From the NCBI GenBank assembly GCA_965218695.1, contig OZ244651.1, positions 1,216,001-1,280,000 on the forward strand: DNA of 64,000 bases, given 5' to 3'. Below are positions 1 to 10,264 of the stretch, piece after piece; position 1 is the stretch's first letter, and every line of letters starts with the position of its first letter. The notes under the pieces are model-generated. The model worked only from the letters and a program-made list of their open reading frames with translations. It ran no database searches and was not told the origin of the DNA. This stretch comes from Nitrosopumilus sp. (lineage in GTDB: Archaea > Thermoproteota > Nitrososphaeria > Nitrososphaerales > Nitrosopumilaceae). A program made the position numbers and the translations under genes.

Positions 1-211
1 GTCGACTCGATCACCCTGATGGATACGCCTGTCCGGATATGACTTGGGTCTGTGCAACGGTGTGCTGTGCTGTAATCCTTGTTAAATTGCTTGCGCCGTA
101 TCCGTAAAATTACAATCTTGCATCTTCTGCTGGCGTGACCCCATCGCCATGTTTTGTATGCCCCGGGTGCCGGCGTGTCTGGGTTCTGATTAATGACTCC
201 CTGCTGTGATC

Positions 212-769
212 TTATTCCCGTTGCACGGGAAGACTGCAGGAGGCATCAGTCCTGCCATACCATCTGCCAAGTTCGGCCAACAGCGCCCCTAAATTATCTG
301 TAAATGCCGCATCGCCGCCAAAATAATTTACATCCTTTGCGCGGTCTTCGATCTCCTGTGCCGTTATGGAATGCGTCCTGATGCATGACTGTACGTCTTG
401 TACGTCGTGGTTCCGCCTGCTAATTTTTGTAATAACCAGGTCGACTGGATGCAACACCCTCAACTCAATATTTTTAAAATCCGTCTTGACAATTTTGCTG
501 CGGCTCAGATAGTCTGAGGGCAGGATGTTTATGAACACCGCCCCGTCCTGAAAAACGTCCACGGGAAATCTTGGATTGACGATCTTTTTTGCCCGTACGA
601 ATTCGTTGTAATGCTTGCTTGGCAGGGTAAACCATACGTTTTTGGTGGATGCCTTTATTCCTGTAAGGACCATTGCCGTGTCGTCGACTGCAACAAGCAC
701 AATATCGCACCGGAGCTCGTCGTCTATGTGTTCGAAAAATTCCACGAGCCTGTCATTGTTAAGGAACAT
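212..769 (-). CDS. DUF6036-like nucleotidyltransferase-fold protein, catalytic motif degenerate
   Basis: Layout LVAV-xx-TAM-x-L-GIKASTK and LHPVDLVITKISR...DVQDV matches the family, but the usual GG and DxD positions read DD and NVW. Confidence 0.55.
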   Translation of the reverse strand: MFLNNDRLVEFFEHIDDELRCDIVLVAVDDTAMVLTGIKASTKNVWFTLPSKHYNEFVRAKKIVNPRFPVDVFQDGAVFINILPSDYLSRSKIVKTDFKNIELRVLHPVDLVITKISRRNHDVQDVQSCIRTHSITAQEIEDRAKDVNYFGGDAAFTDNLGALLAELGRWYGRTDASCSLPVQRE

Positions 770-1241
770 CGGTCAGACCTGTTTTTTTCCTGTTCGTATT
801 TATGCCTACCTTTTAATCCTCGGCAGATACGGTGTTTCGCACCGGTCCGTTTTTTTCGAAATGTTTTTGCCATCTTGATTTTTAGATTCCTGACATGTCC
901 AAAAAATTATTGCTAAAATCATACCCGTCTGCAGGAAGCGGCAATAAATCATGGTTTATTTCTTGACGGCTTGTTGCAATTACGTCACCGTCGCACCCTG
1001 CATGCCTCTGGTCTGGAGTAGGACTGCATTACATCAGATTACCGTGCAGGATGCGTCATTCAAAGGCATGCCGCAAGTCATTACTAATTATTATATAATT
1101 ATGTGCAGCACCCAATAATATGATCGATAATTGCAAACCGTCCACTGCTACCTATATGCGTAGTCGGGGACATAATGTTTCGCTAATTTGACGGTGCGGA
1201 TTTGTGAGCAAACAACCGAAAAACTTTGATCCTAGGACATA

Positions 1242-2318
1242 TTGAAAATTGGCATGATATTTTCAAAGGCGCTGTGCAGGAAAGACAGGCTGCCCAAGGG
1301 CAACGAATTCCTGCAGGATACAAACCAAGATGAGATCCTCCGGATGATTAACCAGACGCCGTCCGGCAAGGCGCGGGACATATTGGTTGCATGCCACAAG
1401 AGAAAAGCCGGGATGAGCCTGCACGCCATATCGAGTGCGATGATGAAGCCGTATTCCACCATACGCGGCTGGCTGGTAAGGGTCACCAGGCGCGGGCTGG
1501 CAGGCAGGTTTGACAAAAAGTCTACCGGAAGAAGGAGGATGCTGGGAGAACGCTCGGTTTGGATGATAAAGGCCTGGCTCCTGGAGGCGCCGTCAAAATT
1601 CGGGTTCGAGTCCGCGTCATGGAGCACAAGGATGCTGCTTGGTGTAATCATGGACTGGATCGGCATGGGCGCCAGCGCCCGTACGCTGCGACGGGTATTG
1701 CGCCGGCTCGGATTCTCATACACGAAACCAAGACCCGTGCCCCGCAGGTCTGCCACGGCAGAAGAACAAAAGCGGTTCAAGGAGGAGACGACCGAGTCTA
1801 TCCTAGGCATGATTTCGAGTGGACGCACGGTACTTGCAGGAGACGAGGTCGCAGTCCAGCTGGGGGCAAGCGCCGGGTACGGGTGGAGGCCAATCGGAGG
1901 CGGCAATACGGTAGACACGGCGTTCAGCACAAAGTCATCCCGGATGTTTGGCGCGCTGTCATCTGAGAGGATCCACGTAAAGGACGTAGAGTACACAAAT
2001 TCCGAGACGTTCAAGGATTTCCTGACGGACATGCGCCAGACGTACGGGAAATTTGTCATGATCTTGGACAACGCGTCATACCACAAGACCGACACGGTCA
2101 CGGATTTTGTAAATGGTACCAACGGGGACATACGGCTGATATTCCTCCCGCCGTACACCCCACAGCTCAACCCCATCGAGGTCCAGTGGAGGGTGCTCAA
2201 GAAAACACTTGCCGGGCGGCAGTTCAAAACAACAGATGAAGTCGTGGATGTCGTCAAGAGAATAATCAACTCAGGCGAGATGAAGCCGGTCAAGATGATG
2301 AAATATCTTACGCCGTAA
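1242..2318 (+). mobile_element. IS630-family transposase (element ends not resolved)
   Basis: N-terminal HTH, RRLGFSYTKPRP, DDE motifs LAGDE / ILDNASYH / PPYTPQLNPIE. Confidence 0.92.
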
Positions 2319-2439
2319 AGGCATTCCCGGAAATTCTTGCAACAAACTTAGTCAGATTACATCCCTGTACCCTGCCAACTTGGTATAATTCTAAGATGGG
2401 CGGTAGCTACAGTCTGGACGGGAAAAAGAGCGAAACATT

Positions 2440-2784
2440 ATGTCCCCGACTATGCGTATATCTGCTGTTCACCTGTCCCTGCTTGCAATCTGCTCCGTCG
2501 GCATCTACCTTGACTCCATTGGGAATGATGCTGAACCTGGCGTCCATGAACCCCTGGCATCCCAGATCATGAGTGGACATGGCAATAATGCCTATGGGGT
2601 GGCTGCTCCGGAGGCAGGCCATGATCAATATTTTACACCCGTCACCGCAGTGGATGATTCTCCACCCGGCTGGCCTTATATGGACAATGAAGGCTGGCTT
2701 GCCCCCTCTGTTGCAAACATCGACGACTTGAACGATGACGGCATAAACGGCCCTGCAGCCGGCACTGGTGCAGGAGGCGCCTAA
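2440..2784 (+). pseudogene. Truncated secreted protein with one degenerate FG-GAP (integrin-alpha-like) repeat
   Basis: Hydrophobic N-terminus; C-terminal LAPSVANIDDLNDDGINGPAAG resembles FG.SVA.IGDLNGDGI.DLAVG. Confidence 0.5.
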
Positions 2785-2981
2785 GGGGTGCTGTGCGCAC
2801 GCCATCTCCATGAATCGTGGTGACGCCCCACAAGGGACAGTTGGGATAAAGCGGCGCTCCCAACGGGAATCTTGAAGAGGCGCCACATGAAATAATTATC
2901 ATAATTAATGGATCTGCACAGTCGCATGTGCCGGATTTCATGCACATAACTCTTATTTTGGTTCCAACGTTCCAGTAGATC

Positions 2982-3626
2982 ATGGGGATTACAGTAAGCC
3001 AGATGTATGCAATTGAAAACAAGGGCCATGCCATGGGATTCCTGAAAAAATTCATGATGGAAAACGCCGGCGCGGCTGCCGTCAGAAGGCTGATCGAGGA
3101 GTTTGGCGCAGTGGAGTCCAAGAACGTGCTGGTTCTTGCCGGACTGGGAAACAACGGCGGGGACGGCATGGTCATGGCAAGGCACCTTGCAGGCCGCGGG
3201 GCCAAGGTGTCCGTGGTGCTCTTGGGGGATCCGCAGGAGATCAAGACCGATGAGAGCCGGTGGAACTGGTCCATCCTGGAGAAGATGCCGTCTGTAAAAC
3301 TGCTCCAAAGTCTGACTGATTATACCCGTCCCCCGGATATCATAATTGACGGAATTCTTGGCACCGGAATATCCGGGGAGATTCGCGAGCCGTACTCCTC
3401 TGCAATAAACCACATCAACCAGACCAGGTGCTACAAGGTTGCAGTGGATGTGCCCTCGGGACTGGATCCGCAGACGGGCAGCACTGCAAACATCTTTGTC
3501 AAATGCGACATGACGGTGACCTTTCACAAGATGAAGCGGGGCATTCCAAAAAGGAGGGATCTGACCGGCCCCATACACGTCGAAGAGATCGGAATTCCGC
3601 CCGAGGCTGAGGAGGGAATCCTGTGA
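2982..3626 (+). CDS. nnrE: NAD(P)H-hydrate epimerase (stand-alone YjeF_N)
   Basis: MMENAG, GLGNNGGDG, IDGILGTG, AVDVPSG motifs. Confidence 0.93.
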   Translation: MGITVSQMYAIENKGHAMGFLKKFMMENAGAAAVRRLIEEFGAVESKNVLVLAGLGNNGGDGMVMARHLAGRGAKVSVVLLGDPQEIKTDESRWNWSILEKMPSVKLLQSLTDYTRPPDIIIDGILGTGISGEIREPYSSAINHINQTRCYKVAVDVPSGLDPQTGSTANIFVKCDMTVTFHKMKRGIPKRRDLTGPIHVEEIGIPPEAEEGIL

Positions 3627-4234
3627 AGGTCCATCAGGTTCCGGTCGGCAGCATGCAGAACTTTACCTATGTCGTCGAGGACGAGGAGACCGGCAAGGCA
3701 GTAGTCATTGATCCGTCATGGGATCTGGCAGAGCTGGACCTCATCATAAAGCGCAACGATCTCACCGTGGAGTACATTGTAAATACGCACCACCATTTTG
3801 ATCACACCCTGGGAAACAGGGCAATGGCAGAGTCAACCATGGCCAAGATCGTACAGCACGAGGCCTCCGGGCTGGAACACGACATCTCCGTGAATGACGG
3901 TGATCATATCGAGTTTGGCAACTCCCGGCTCAGGGTGGCCCACACACCGGGCCACTCCAAGGACAGCATATGCCTAGTCGGGGACGGAAAGATCTTCTCA
4001 GGCGATACCCTGTTTGTCGGTAATTGCGGCCGCGTGGACCTTCCCGGAGGCAGTGCCAAGGACCTGTACCATGCGCTCTTTGACACCCTGTACGTCATGG
4101 ATGACAGTCTGGTCGTCTACCCTGGGCACAACTACGGCTCCTCGAATACATCCACCATCGGACACGAGAAGGCAACCAATCCGGTAATGCAGATGCGGAC
4201 CGAGCTTCAGTTTGTCAGGATGATGGGCCAGTGA
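3623..4234 (+). CDS. MBL-fold metallo-hydrolase (glyoxalase II-like)
   Basis: THHHFDH, HTPGHS, FSGDTLF, YPGH; 4-nt overlap with upstream gene. Confidence 0.9.
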   Translation: MKVHQVPVGSMQNFTYVVEDEETGKAVVIDPSWDLAELDLIIKRNDLTVEYIVNTHHHFDHTLGNRAMAESTMAKIVQHEASGLEHDISVNDGDHIEFGNSRLRVAHTPGHSKDSICLVGDGKIFSGDTLFVGNCGRVDLPGGSAKDLYHALFDTLYVMDDSLVVYPGHNYGSSNTSTIGHEKATNPVMQMRTELQFVRMMGQ

Positions 4235-5298
4235 CATCCTTGGATGATCTTACCATTATAGGAAACGCCGGCAGGGCCAGGGAATTCATGGACTCCCTGA
4301 CGTCTGGCAGGTTCCTCTTCTCCCTTGCCCTTTCGTACACTGAGACATGCAGGATTCCCGGAATTACCATTGCCGGCGCAGACAGGGATCTGATGCAGTT
4401 TACCCCGCCTGCCGACGCCGAATACCTCCACTACGGTCACTGCAAGAGCATGGATGCGATTCCGATGACTCCTGACGGCATGCCGACGCCGGCGTTGCTA
4501 ACCAAGACTGCGCTGGAGTCCTCAAGCATCCCGCACCTTGTCATCAATGCCGGCTCCAAGATCCCCCCGATGCTGCCGTTCATCAATACGGGCCTTCCGT
4601 TTGGAATGGACATATCGGCCCAAGACGCAATGACTGACGCGGCAGTATCCGGCGCCGTGGACTATGGCCGGATTGTAGGCAGAAGCTTGGCATCCCTGAC
4701 TGACTGCCTGGTCGTAGGCGAGAGCATTCCTGGCGGAACCACCACTGCGCTTGCCGTACTGCGCGCCATGGGATTTGATGCCCAGACCAGCTCCAGCATA
4801 CCCACGAATCCCGTCCAACTCAAGAACCAGACCGTAGCGGCCGCAATTGCAAGACTAGACTCGGATCTTCCCTACCGGATAGTCGCACAGGTCGGGGATC
4901 CGATGATTCCGTTTGTGGCCGGAATGCTCAGCTCCGCCTCCGAGGTATCCAGGGTCATGCTGGCAGGCGGAACCCAGATGGCTGCCGTGCTTGCGTTTGC
5001 ATCCGAAGTCGGCTTTAACGTGGAAAACACCGTCATCGGAACCACCTCATACGTGGCAGACGATCCAAGCGCGGACTTTGCAGGCCTGGTAAGGTCGGTG
5101 GGGGACGTTCCTGCCATCTCAGTTGACATGCACTTGGAAAGATCCATGTATTCCGGCCTGAGGGCATTCTCGCAGGGATTTGCAAAGGAGGGGGCAGGAG
5201 CAGGCGGCGCTGTCATATCCTCAATGATAAAGTCCGGAATCGATTCGTCGAGGTTTCTGGCGCTGGCAGAGTCCGAGTACCGGCGGCTCTCTACTTGA
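4231..5298 (+). CDS. cobT: Archaeal CobT-like phosphoribosyltransferase (TIGR00303 type)
   Basis: IPGITIAG, TPPADAE, GESIPGGTTTA, LAGGTQM, KEGAGAGG. Confidence 0.85.
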   Translation: MTSLDDLTIIGNAGRAREFMDSLTSGRFLFSLALSYTETCRIPGITIAGADRDLMQFTPPADAEYLHYGHCKSMDAIPMTPDGMPTPALLTKTALESSSIPHLVINAGSKIPPMLPFINTGLPFGMDISAQDAMTDAAVSGAVDYGRIVGRSLASLTDCLVVGESIPGGTTTALAVLRAMGFDAQTSSSIPTNPVQLKNQTVAAAIARLDSDLPYRIVAQVGDPMIPFVAGMLSSASEVSRVMLAGGTQMAAVLAFASEVGFNVENTVIGTTSYVADDPSADFAGLVRSVGDVPAISVDMHLERSMYSGLRAFSQGFAKEGAGAGGAVISSMIKSGIDSSRFLALAESEYRRLST

Positions 5299-7045
5299 CT
5301 GTGACTGACTTTGCAAGGTTCCTGGGGTGATCGGGATCCGCGTTCCTCCCGAGCGCCGCATAGTATGCCAGCAGCTGGATTGGAATTATCTCTGCCATGG
5401 GGTATGCGGCCCTGCCGGCCTTGGGAACCTCAATCCAGTAGTCGTACACGTCACTTTTGACATCGGATACTCCGATTATCTTTGCACCCCTGGCCTTGAT
5501 CTCCCTTGCCCCGATCAGGGTGTCTGCATGCGTCGGGTCGTCCGGATTGATCACTATGGCCAGTATGTCCGAATCCATCATGGCCAGCGTTCCGTGCTTC
5601 ATCTCGCCTCCCGGCACACCCTCTGCGTGAATGTACGTCAGCTCCTTTAGCTTCAGTGCAGCCTCCTTGGCAATCGGATAATGAATCCCCCTTCCAAGTA
5701 TGTAGATGTCAGCGACATCCCTCATCTCCTCTGCAATCCTCCGGATCTCTGCATGATCCTTCAGCACCTCTGCTGCCGCCCGGGAGATCCCTGCAAAGTC
5801 GATCCCCGTGCCCGTTATCTCCTGTACTATCCTGTACAGTATGGCAAGCTGCGATGTAAAGCTCTTCGTCGCAGCCACCCCTATCTCCGGTCCGCAGTTC
5901 ATCCCGATTACCACATCAGACTCGCGCGCCAGGGATGACATTGGCAGATTGACGATGGACACTATGCGGCAGCCTGCCCTTTTTGCAATGCCTACTGCCT
6001 CGAGCACGTCTGCGCTCTCGCCGCTCTGCGATATGGCAATCAGGACCGAGTTACTCCCGATGCCGTCTGCCACAAACCCAAACTCGCTTGACACTATGGC
6101 CTCTGTCTTGATTCTGGCGTGCCTTGAAAGGATCTGTCTTGCCACCAGCGCCGCGTTATAGCTGGTGCCGCTCCCCGTGATGTAGACCTCTTTTGCATCC
6201 ATGATGCATCCTGCCGCCTCTGCAATCTCTTCTGAGGCAGTCATGCCGGACTCGAGTATGGTCCTGTCCTGCTCGCATATCTCCTTGAGGGTAAAGTGCG
6301 CATAGTCCCCCTTGTAGACATCCCCGAACTCCCTTGAGACCTTGGTGATGGCATACTTTATGGGACTCTGGTCAAACCCAAAGATGGCAGGCACCCCGCC
6401 GCTGACTACTGCAAAACTGCCGTTTTCCATGTATATGGCATCGTCTGCGTACTCTATGAATCCCAGGACGTCGCTTGAGAGGAACAGCCCGCCTGAGCCG
6501 ATCCCTATTATCAGGGATTCGTGAAACTTTGCAGCCGCCAGGGTGCCGTCGGCAAACATGGCCACAAACGCATAATGTCCTTTGAGCGCCCGGACAGTCA
6601 TTGCGACTGCCTTTACGATGTCCTTTGTCGACTCGTAGCTCCTCTGAAGCAGGTTTGCAATCACCTCGCTGTCAGTCTCGCTTTTGAAGACGTATCCCTC
6701 TCCCTTGAGCATCTCCTTGAGGTCCTCAAAATTCTCCACCACCCCGTTGTGGACTATGGCAATCTCTCCGGAGTTGCTCGGGTGCGGGTGGGCATTGGTG
6801 TCTGTAACCGTGCCGTGGGTGGCCCATCTGGTGTGGCCTATGCCTGTTCTTCCGGGCATGACATCCAGCCTGACCTTTGCGTTGACCTGGCTGACCCTTC
6901 CGACACCCTTTCTTGTCTCGATCTTTCCCCCGAACCCGGTTGCCAGTCCGACGCTGTCATACCCGCGGTACTCCATCCTCTCCAATCCCTTTACCATGAT
7001 TGGAGCGGCCGCGCCGTCCCCGCTATACCCTATAATGGAACACAT
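5291..7045 (-). CDS. glmS: Glutamine-fructose-6-phosphate transaminase (isomerizing)
   Basis: N-terminal Cys, EYRGYDS, GHTRWATHG, SQSGES, C-terminal PRNLAKSVTV. Confidence 0.97.
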   Translation of the reverse strand: MCSIIGYSGDGAAAPIMVKGLERMEYRGYDSVGLATGFGGKIETRKGVGRVSQVNAKVRLDVMPGRTGIGHTRWATHGTVTDTNAHPHPSNSGEIAIVHNGVVENFEDLKEMLKGEGYVFKSETDSEVIANLLQRSYESTKDIVKAVAMTVRALKGHYAFVAMFADGTLAAAKFHESLIIGIGSGGLFLSSDVLGFIEYADDAIYMENGSFAVVSGGVPAIFGFDQSPIKYAITKVSREFGDVYKGDYAHFTLKEICEQDRTILESGMTASEEIAEAAGCIMDAKEVYITGSGTSYNAALVARQILSRHARIKTEAIVSSEFGFVADGIGSNSVLIAISQSGESADVLEAVGIAKRAGCRIVSIVNLPMSSLARESDVVIGMNCGPEIGVAATKSFTSQLAILYRIVQEITGTGIDFAGISRAAAEVLKDHAEIRRIAEEMRDVADIYILGRGIHYPIAKEAALKLKELTYIHAEGVPGGEMKHGTLAMMDSDILAIVINPDDPTHADTLIGAREIKARGAKIIGVSDVKSDVYDYWIEVPKAGRAAYPMAEIIPIQLLAYYAALGRNADPDHPRNLAKSVTVK

Positions 7046-7084
7046 GAAGATCCTCCCGCGGACAGTCCCTTGGTCGGCATGTGC

Positions 7085-7648
7085 CTATGACTCTTCGGAC
7101 TCATCTGGTACGGTCGCCGAGGCACCACCACCGCCATCGTCTGGTTCTGCCTTTTTGAACATCTCTGAGATCTTTGACTCTGGTGCAAACCTTACGCTGT
7201 CCTCCTCTGCTATCGTGACTGTATATGATGGAATGTCTACCCTTCTCTCCCCTACCATGATGTGGCCGTGCACCACTGCCTGCCTTGCCTGGTACGGGGT
7301 CTTGAATCCGAGCTTCTTTGTGACGATCGTCTGCAGTCTTCGCGCAAGCAGATCCTTGACGTTTAGATTAAGGACATCATCAAGCGTTGCATCCTGGCTG
7401 ACCAGCCCGATCTTGGCAAGTGATCTCATCAGGATCGGCTCCTTTTCGATCCTGACCTCCTGTCTGAGCGCAAGCAGCGACCTTGCCTGGTGTCTTACTC
7501 TGGACAGCTCGGTATGGGCCTTCCACAGCTCCCTCTTGGTTCTGAGCCCAAACGTGCCCAGCGTCTCAAGTTCGCTCATCTTCAGGTCATAGTTGAGGGG
7601 CCTCTTCGGCTTCCTCCATGTCCTTCGTGGATATTTTGGGTCTCCCAT
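7085..7648 (-). CDS. rps4: 30S ribosomal protein S4
   Basis: MGDPK start, RRLQTIV, QARQAVVHGHI; acidic C-terminal tail. Confidence 0.97.
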   Translation of the reverse strand: MGDPKYPRRTWRKPKRPLNYDLKMSELETLGTFGLRTKRELWKAHTELSRVRHQARSLLALRQEVRIEKEPILMRSLAKIGLVSQDATLDDVLNLNVKDLLARRLQTIVTKKLGFKTPYQARQAVVHGHIMVGERRVDIPSYTVTIAEEDSVRFAPESKISEMFKKAEPDDGGGGASATVPDESEES

Positions 7649-7661
7649 TGCGTATCACCTG

Positions 7662-8135
7662 TTAACTCCCGGAGCCCTTCGATGCCTGACCGCCCTTTGC
7701 AACGCCGACTGCGCCGCCCCGCCTGCTTGAGGTTCTGGTCCTCTGTCCCCTTACCTTCAGGCCGCTGAGGTGACGGTAGGCCCTCCAGCTTGCGATGACG
7801 CGCTCCCTTTCGATGTCGTTTCTAAGCGTAAACGGAATGTCTGATGTAAGCAGGTGCATGTCCTTTCCTGTCTCTATGTCCTTGCGCCTGTTGAGGAACC
7901 ATATTGGAAAGTTTGCAGCGACGGGATCCGTAATCACCCTCTCGATTGACTCCACCTGGCCGTCAGTGAGATCCCCGATGTTCGAGTTCGGGTTGATTCC
8001 CAGGGTGTCGATGACTGCAGTTGCAAAACTCTGGCCTATTCCCTTTATCTGGGTCAGCCCCACAAGCGTCTTCTTCTCTCCGGGAATGTCGTTGCCGACT
8101 ATCCTTACGATGTGTCTGTATTCCTGGCTGCTCAA
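7662..8135 (-). CDS. rps13: 30S ribosomal protein S13
   Basis: [24 protein letters not shown]; probable TTG start at 8135. Confidence 0.97.
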   Translation of the reverse strand: MSSQEYRHIVRIVGNDIPGEKKTLVGLTQIKGIGQSFATAVIDTLGINPNSNIGDLTDGQVESIERVITDPVAANFPIWFLNRRKDIETGKDMHLLTSDIPFTLRNDIERERVIASWRAYRHLSGLKVRGQRTRTSSRRGGAVGVAKGGQASKGSGS

Positions 8136-8247
8136 GTACTCCAAGATTCGAAGAAACCCCGATAAAAACCATGCTAGATTCTAGGCCCAGCAATGCCCTG
8201 ACAGATGATGAGGCCGATGCTGACATCATCATGCCCCATGAACCGTC

Positions 8248-8400
8248 TCATCTAAAGTCCTCCTTGCTTGTCCAGTTCTTCCCCTGCACGTTCCACTGGC
8301 CGCACCTGCAGCACCTTTTGATTCCACGCTGCGCGTCTATCCCTATGCAGAAGCAGTGCTCGCCCCTGCCTGACGGATCCTTCATGCACAGTCCCTGCAT
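8248..8400 (-). CDS. 50-aa Cys-rich microprotein (putative zinc-binding), below ORF-track cutoff
   Basis: Hand translation MQGLCMKDPSGRGEHCFCIGIDAQRGIKRCCRCGQWNVQGKNWTSKEDFR*; upstream of and co-directional with rps13. Confidence 0.55.
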   Translation of the reverse strand: MQGLCMKDPSGRGEHCFCIGIDAQRGIKRCCRCGQWNVQGKNWTSKEDFR

Positions 8401-8643
8401 GATCCCATATGCGCCCGTATCCTAATTACCTTATTGGGTGTCTGTTGGAGCGCCATCCTGCAGAACAGCCATGTCTGGTCTTGCTCTGCCGCGTCTTGTG
8501 TGTGTGATGTGCTGGTCTTGCCTGTACAGATGGGACGTTGGTGGGGCATACTGACAGCCTGGCCGTCGTGCACGCACCCGCATGTGATCCGGGCATCGGC
8601 ACATGTCTGATACGAGTACTCATAAAGATGGGCGTGATAATGT

Positions 8644-10086
8644 ATGCTTGTGAGGCGCAGGGGACTTTGCTGTATGGTGCTTGCATTGGCAGTCGTCGCA
8701 GCGTTCTCCGGCATCGAGCATGCTTATTCGCAGAGCGAACCGATACCCGGGTGGGTGGGGAACGTGTTTGGCCTGTGGGCAGAGGGAGGCATCACCGACT
8801 ATGAGCTGCTCGAAGCCATTACGTACCTTGCAAATGTTGGCGTGATATCTGTCCACTCTGCAGCCGACCTGGAAGAGATCGCAAGACTACACCAGTTAAA
8901 CGCGGATCTGCGGAATCATTCCATTGAGATTAACAAGAACTACGAGCAGTTACGCCAAGAATACGACATGCTAGTGGAGTCATACAACGAGCTGCTGGCC
9001 GACAATCCAGATCCGGCCGAGGACGAGGAATCGATTCTGCCCGATGCAGATCCAGATGCATCGCCTGGCCTGGATGATGATGATGATGTCCCTGCCGGAG
9101 ACGAACCGCAGTCTGCCATAGAAGAGAGCAGGCTGCTCATGCTGGAACTGATAAACGGGGAACGCGTCCGGGCCGGATTGAACATGGTTGCCATGGGCAA
9201 TAACAGCGCCGCCCAGACCCATGCAGACAACATACTGGAAGGGTGTTCTGCCAGCCACTGGGGGCTGGACGGCCTAAAGCCGTACATGCGGTACACGCTG
9301 GACGGCGGATACCAATCCAATGCCGAAAATGTCCATGGAGCAAGATACTGCGCAGGCACTGGCCTCTCTCCTGAAACTCCCAACGAGGGCGTCCGCGAGG
9401 CGATGTGGGGGCTTATGGCAAGCCCGGGCCACAGGGACAACGTACTCGATCCCAACCATGCCCTGGTAAACATCGGCATAGCCCATGACGGGTACAACAC
9501 GATGGTCGTCCAGCATTTCGAGTATGACGTTGTGCAGTTTGAAACCCTTCCGGAGATAAGTAAAGGGATAGTCTCTTTTTCTGCCATGATAAAACACCCT
9601 TGGGAATTTGACGAATATTCAGTCATTCTTTATTACGATCCGCCACCGCACAGCCTCACGGCGGGTCAGACATCTCACACGTACTGCTACCACTACGGCG
9701 AGCCTGTCGTCTATGTCCGGCCCATACTGCAGAGTGGGTGGGAGTATGCAGATAATGCCTGGACTTGGAACACCCAAAAATGCCCCGACCCCTACGATCT
9801 CTCCGAGTCACTGCCGGCACCGTCCTCGCCTGAAGAGGCCACCCGGAACTGGGAGGCGGCCAAAAAAACCAAGATCCCAGTCACATTCAGCGTGCCGGCA
9901 ACCACCACAAACCACTGGACCGCTCTGGGGGATCACTTTGAGATCATGGCCAACATCATAGACCAGCTGAAGCAGCACGGTCCGGGAGTATACACTGTCG
10001 CCGTGTATGGCGTGGTCGAGGGAAGATCCATAGAGATCGCATCGTACTCTGTCTTCCATGAAATTCCGGTACCTGAGGGATACTAG
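8644..10086 (+). CDS. Secreted CAP/SCP-domain protein with N-terminal IPxW...W motif and coiled coil
   Basis: Signal peptide; LINGERVRAGL, AAQTHAD, AENV, LMASPGHRDNVL, VNIGIA; start may be 8674. Confidence 0.85.
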   Translation: MLVRRRGLCCMVLALAVVAAFSGIEHAYSQSEPIPGWVGNVFGLWAEGGITDYELLEAITYLANVGVISVHSAADLEEIARLHQLNADLRNHSIEINKNYEQLRQEYDMLVESYNELLADNPDPAEDEESILPDADPDASPGLDDDDDVPAGDEPQSAIEESRLLMLELINGERVRAGLNMVAMGNNSAAQTHADNILEGCSASHWGLDGLKPYMRYTLDGGYQSNAENVHGARYCAGTGLSPETPNEGVREAMWGLMASPGHRDNVLDPNHALVNIGIAHDGYNTMVVQHFEYDVVQFETLPEISKGIVSFSAMIKHPWEFDEYSVILYYDPPPHSLTAGQTSHTYCYHYGEPVVYVRPILQSGWEYADNAWTWNTQKCPDPYDLSESLPAPSSPEEATRNWEAAKKTKIPVTFSVPATTTNHWTALGDHFEIMANIIDQLKQHGPGVYTVAVYGVVEGRSIEIASYSVFHEIPVPEGY

Positions 10087-10264
10087 CCTGTCAAGGTATG
10101 GTGCGCGTGATGCGGCCTGCCACAGGCAACGCTCCCAAGCGTTCCCTCGTACCGTGCTTGATGCCGGCTAGCTGTAATGATTTTCGCACCATGTGCCAGC
10201 CCGGAATCCGGAGGGCATGCTGATGCCATGTCAATCACACCCCGGCCAAGACCGTGCGTTGGCC

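Noticed and set aside
1232-2293. Long antisense ORFs (also 23603-24568, 25543-26520, 32807-33697, 58383-59240 and others)
   Set aside because: Shadows of real genes on the opposite strand in GC-rich DNA, with no recognisable motifs
2784-2815. Fluoride riboswitch (GGAGATGGC on the minus strand)
   Set aside because: The rest of the consensus is missing and there is no fluoride-related gene downstream
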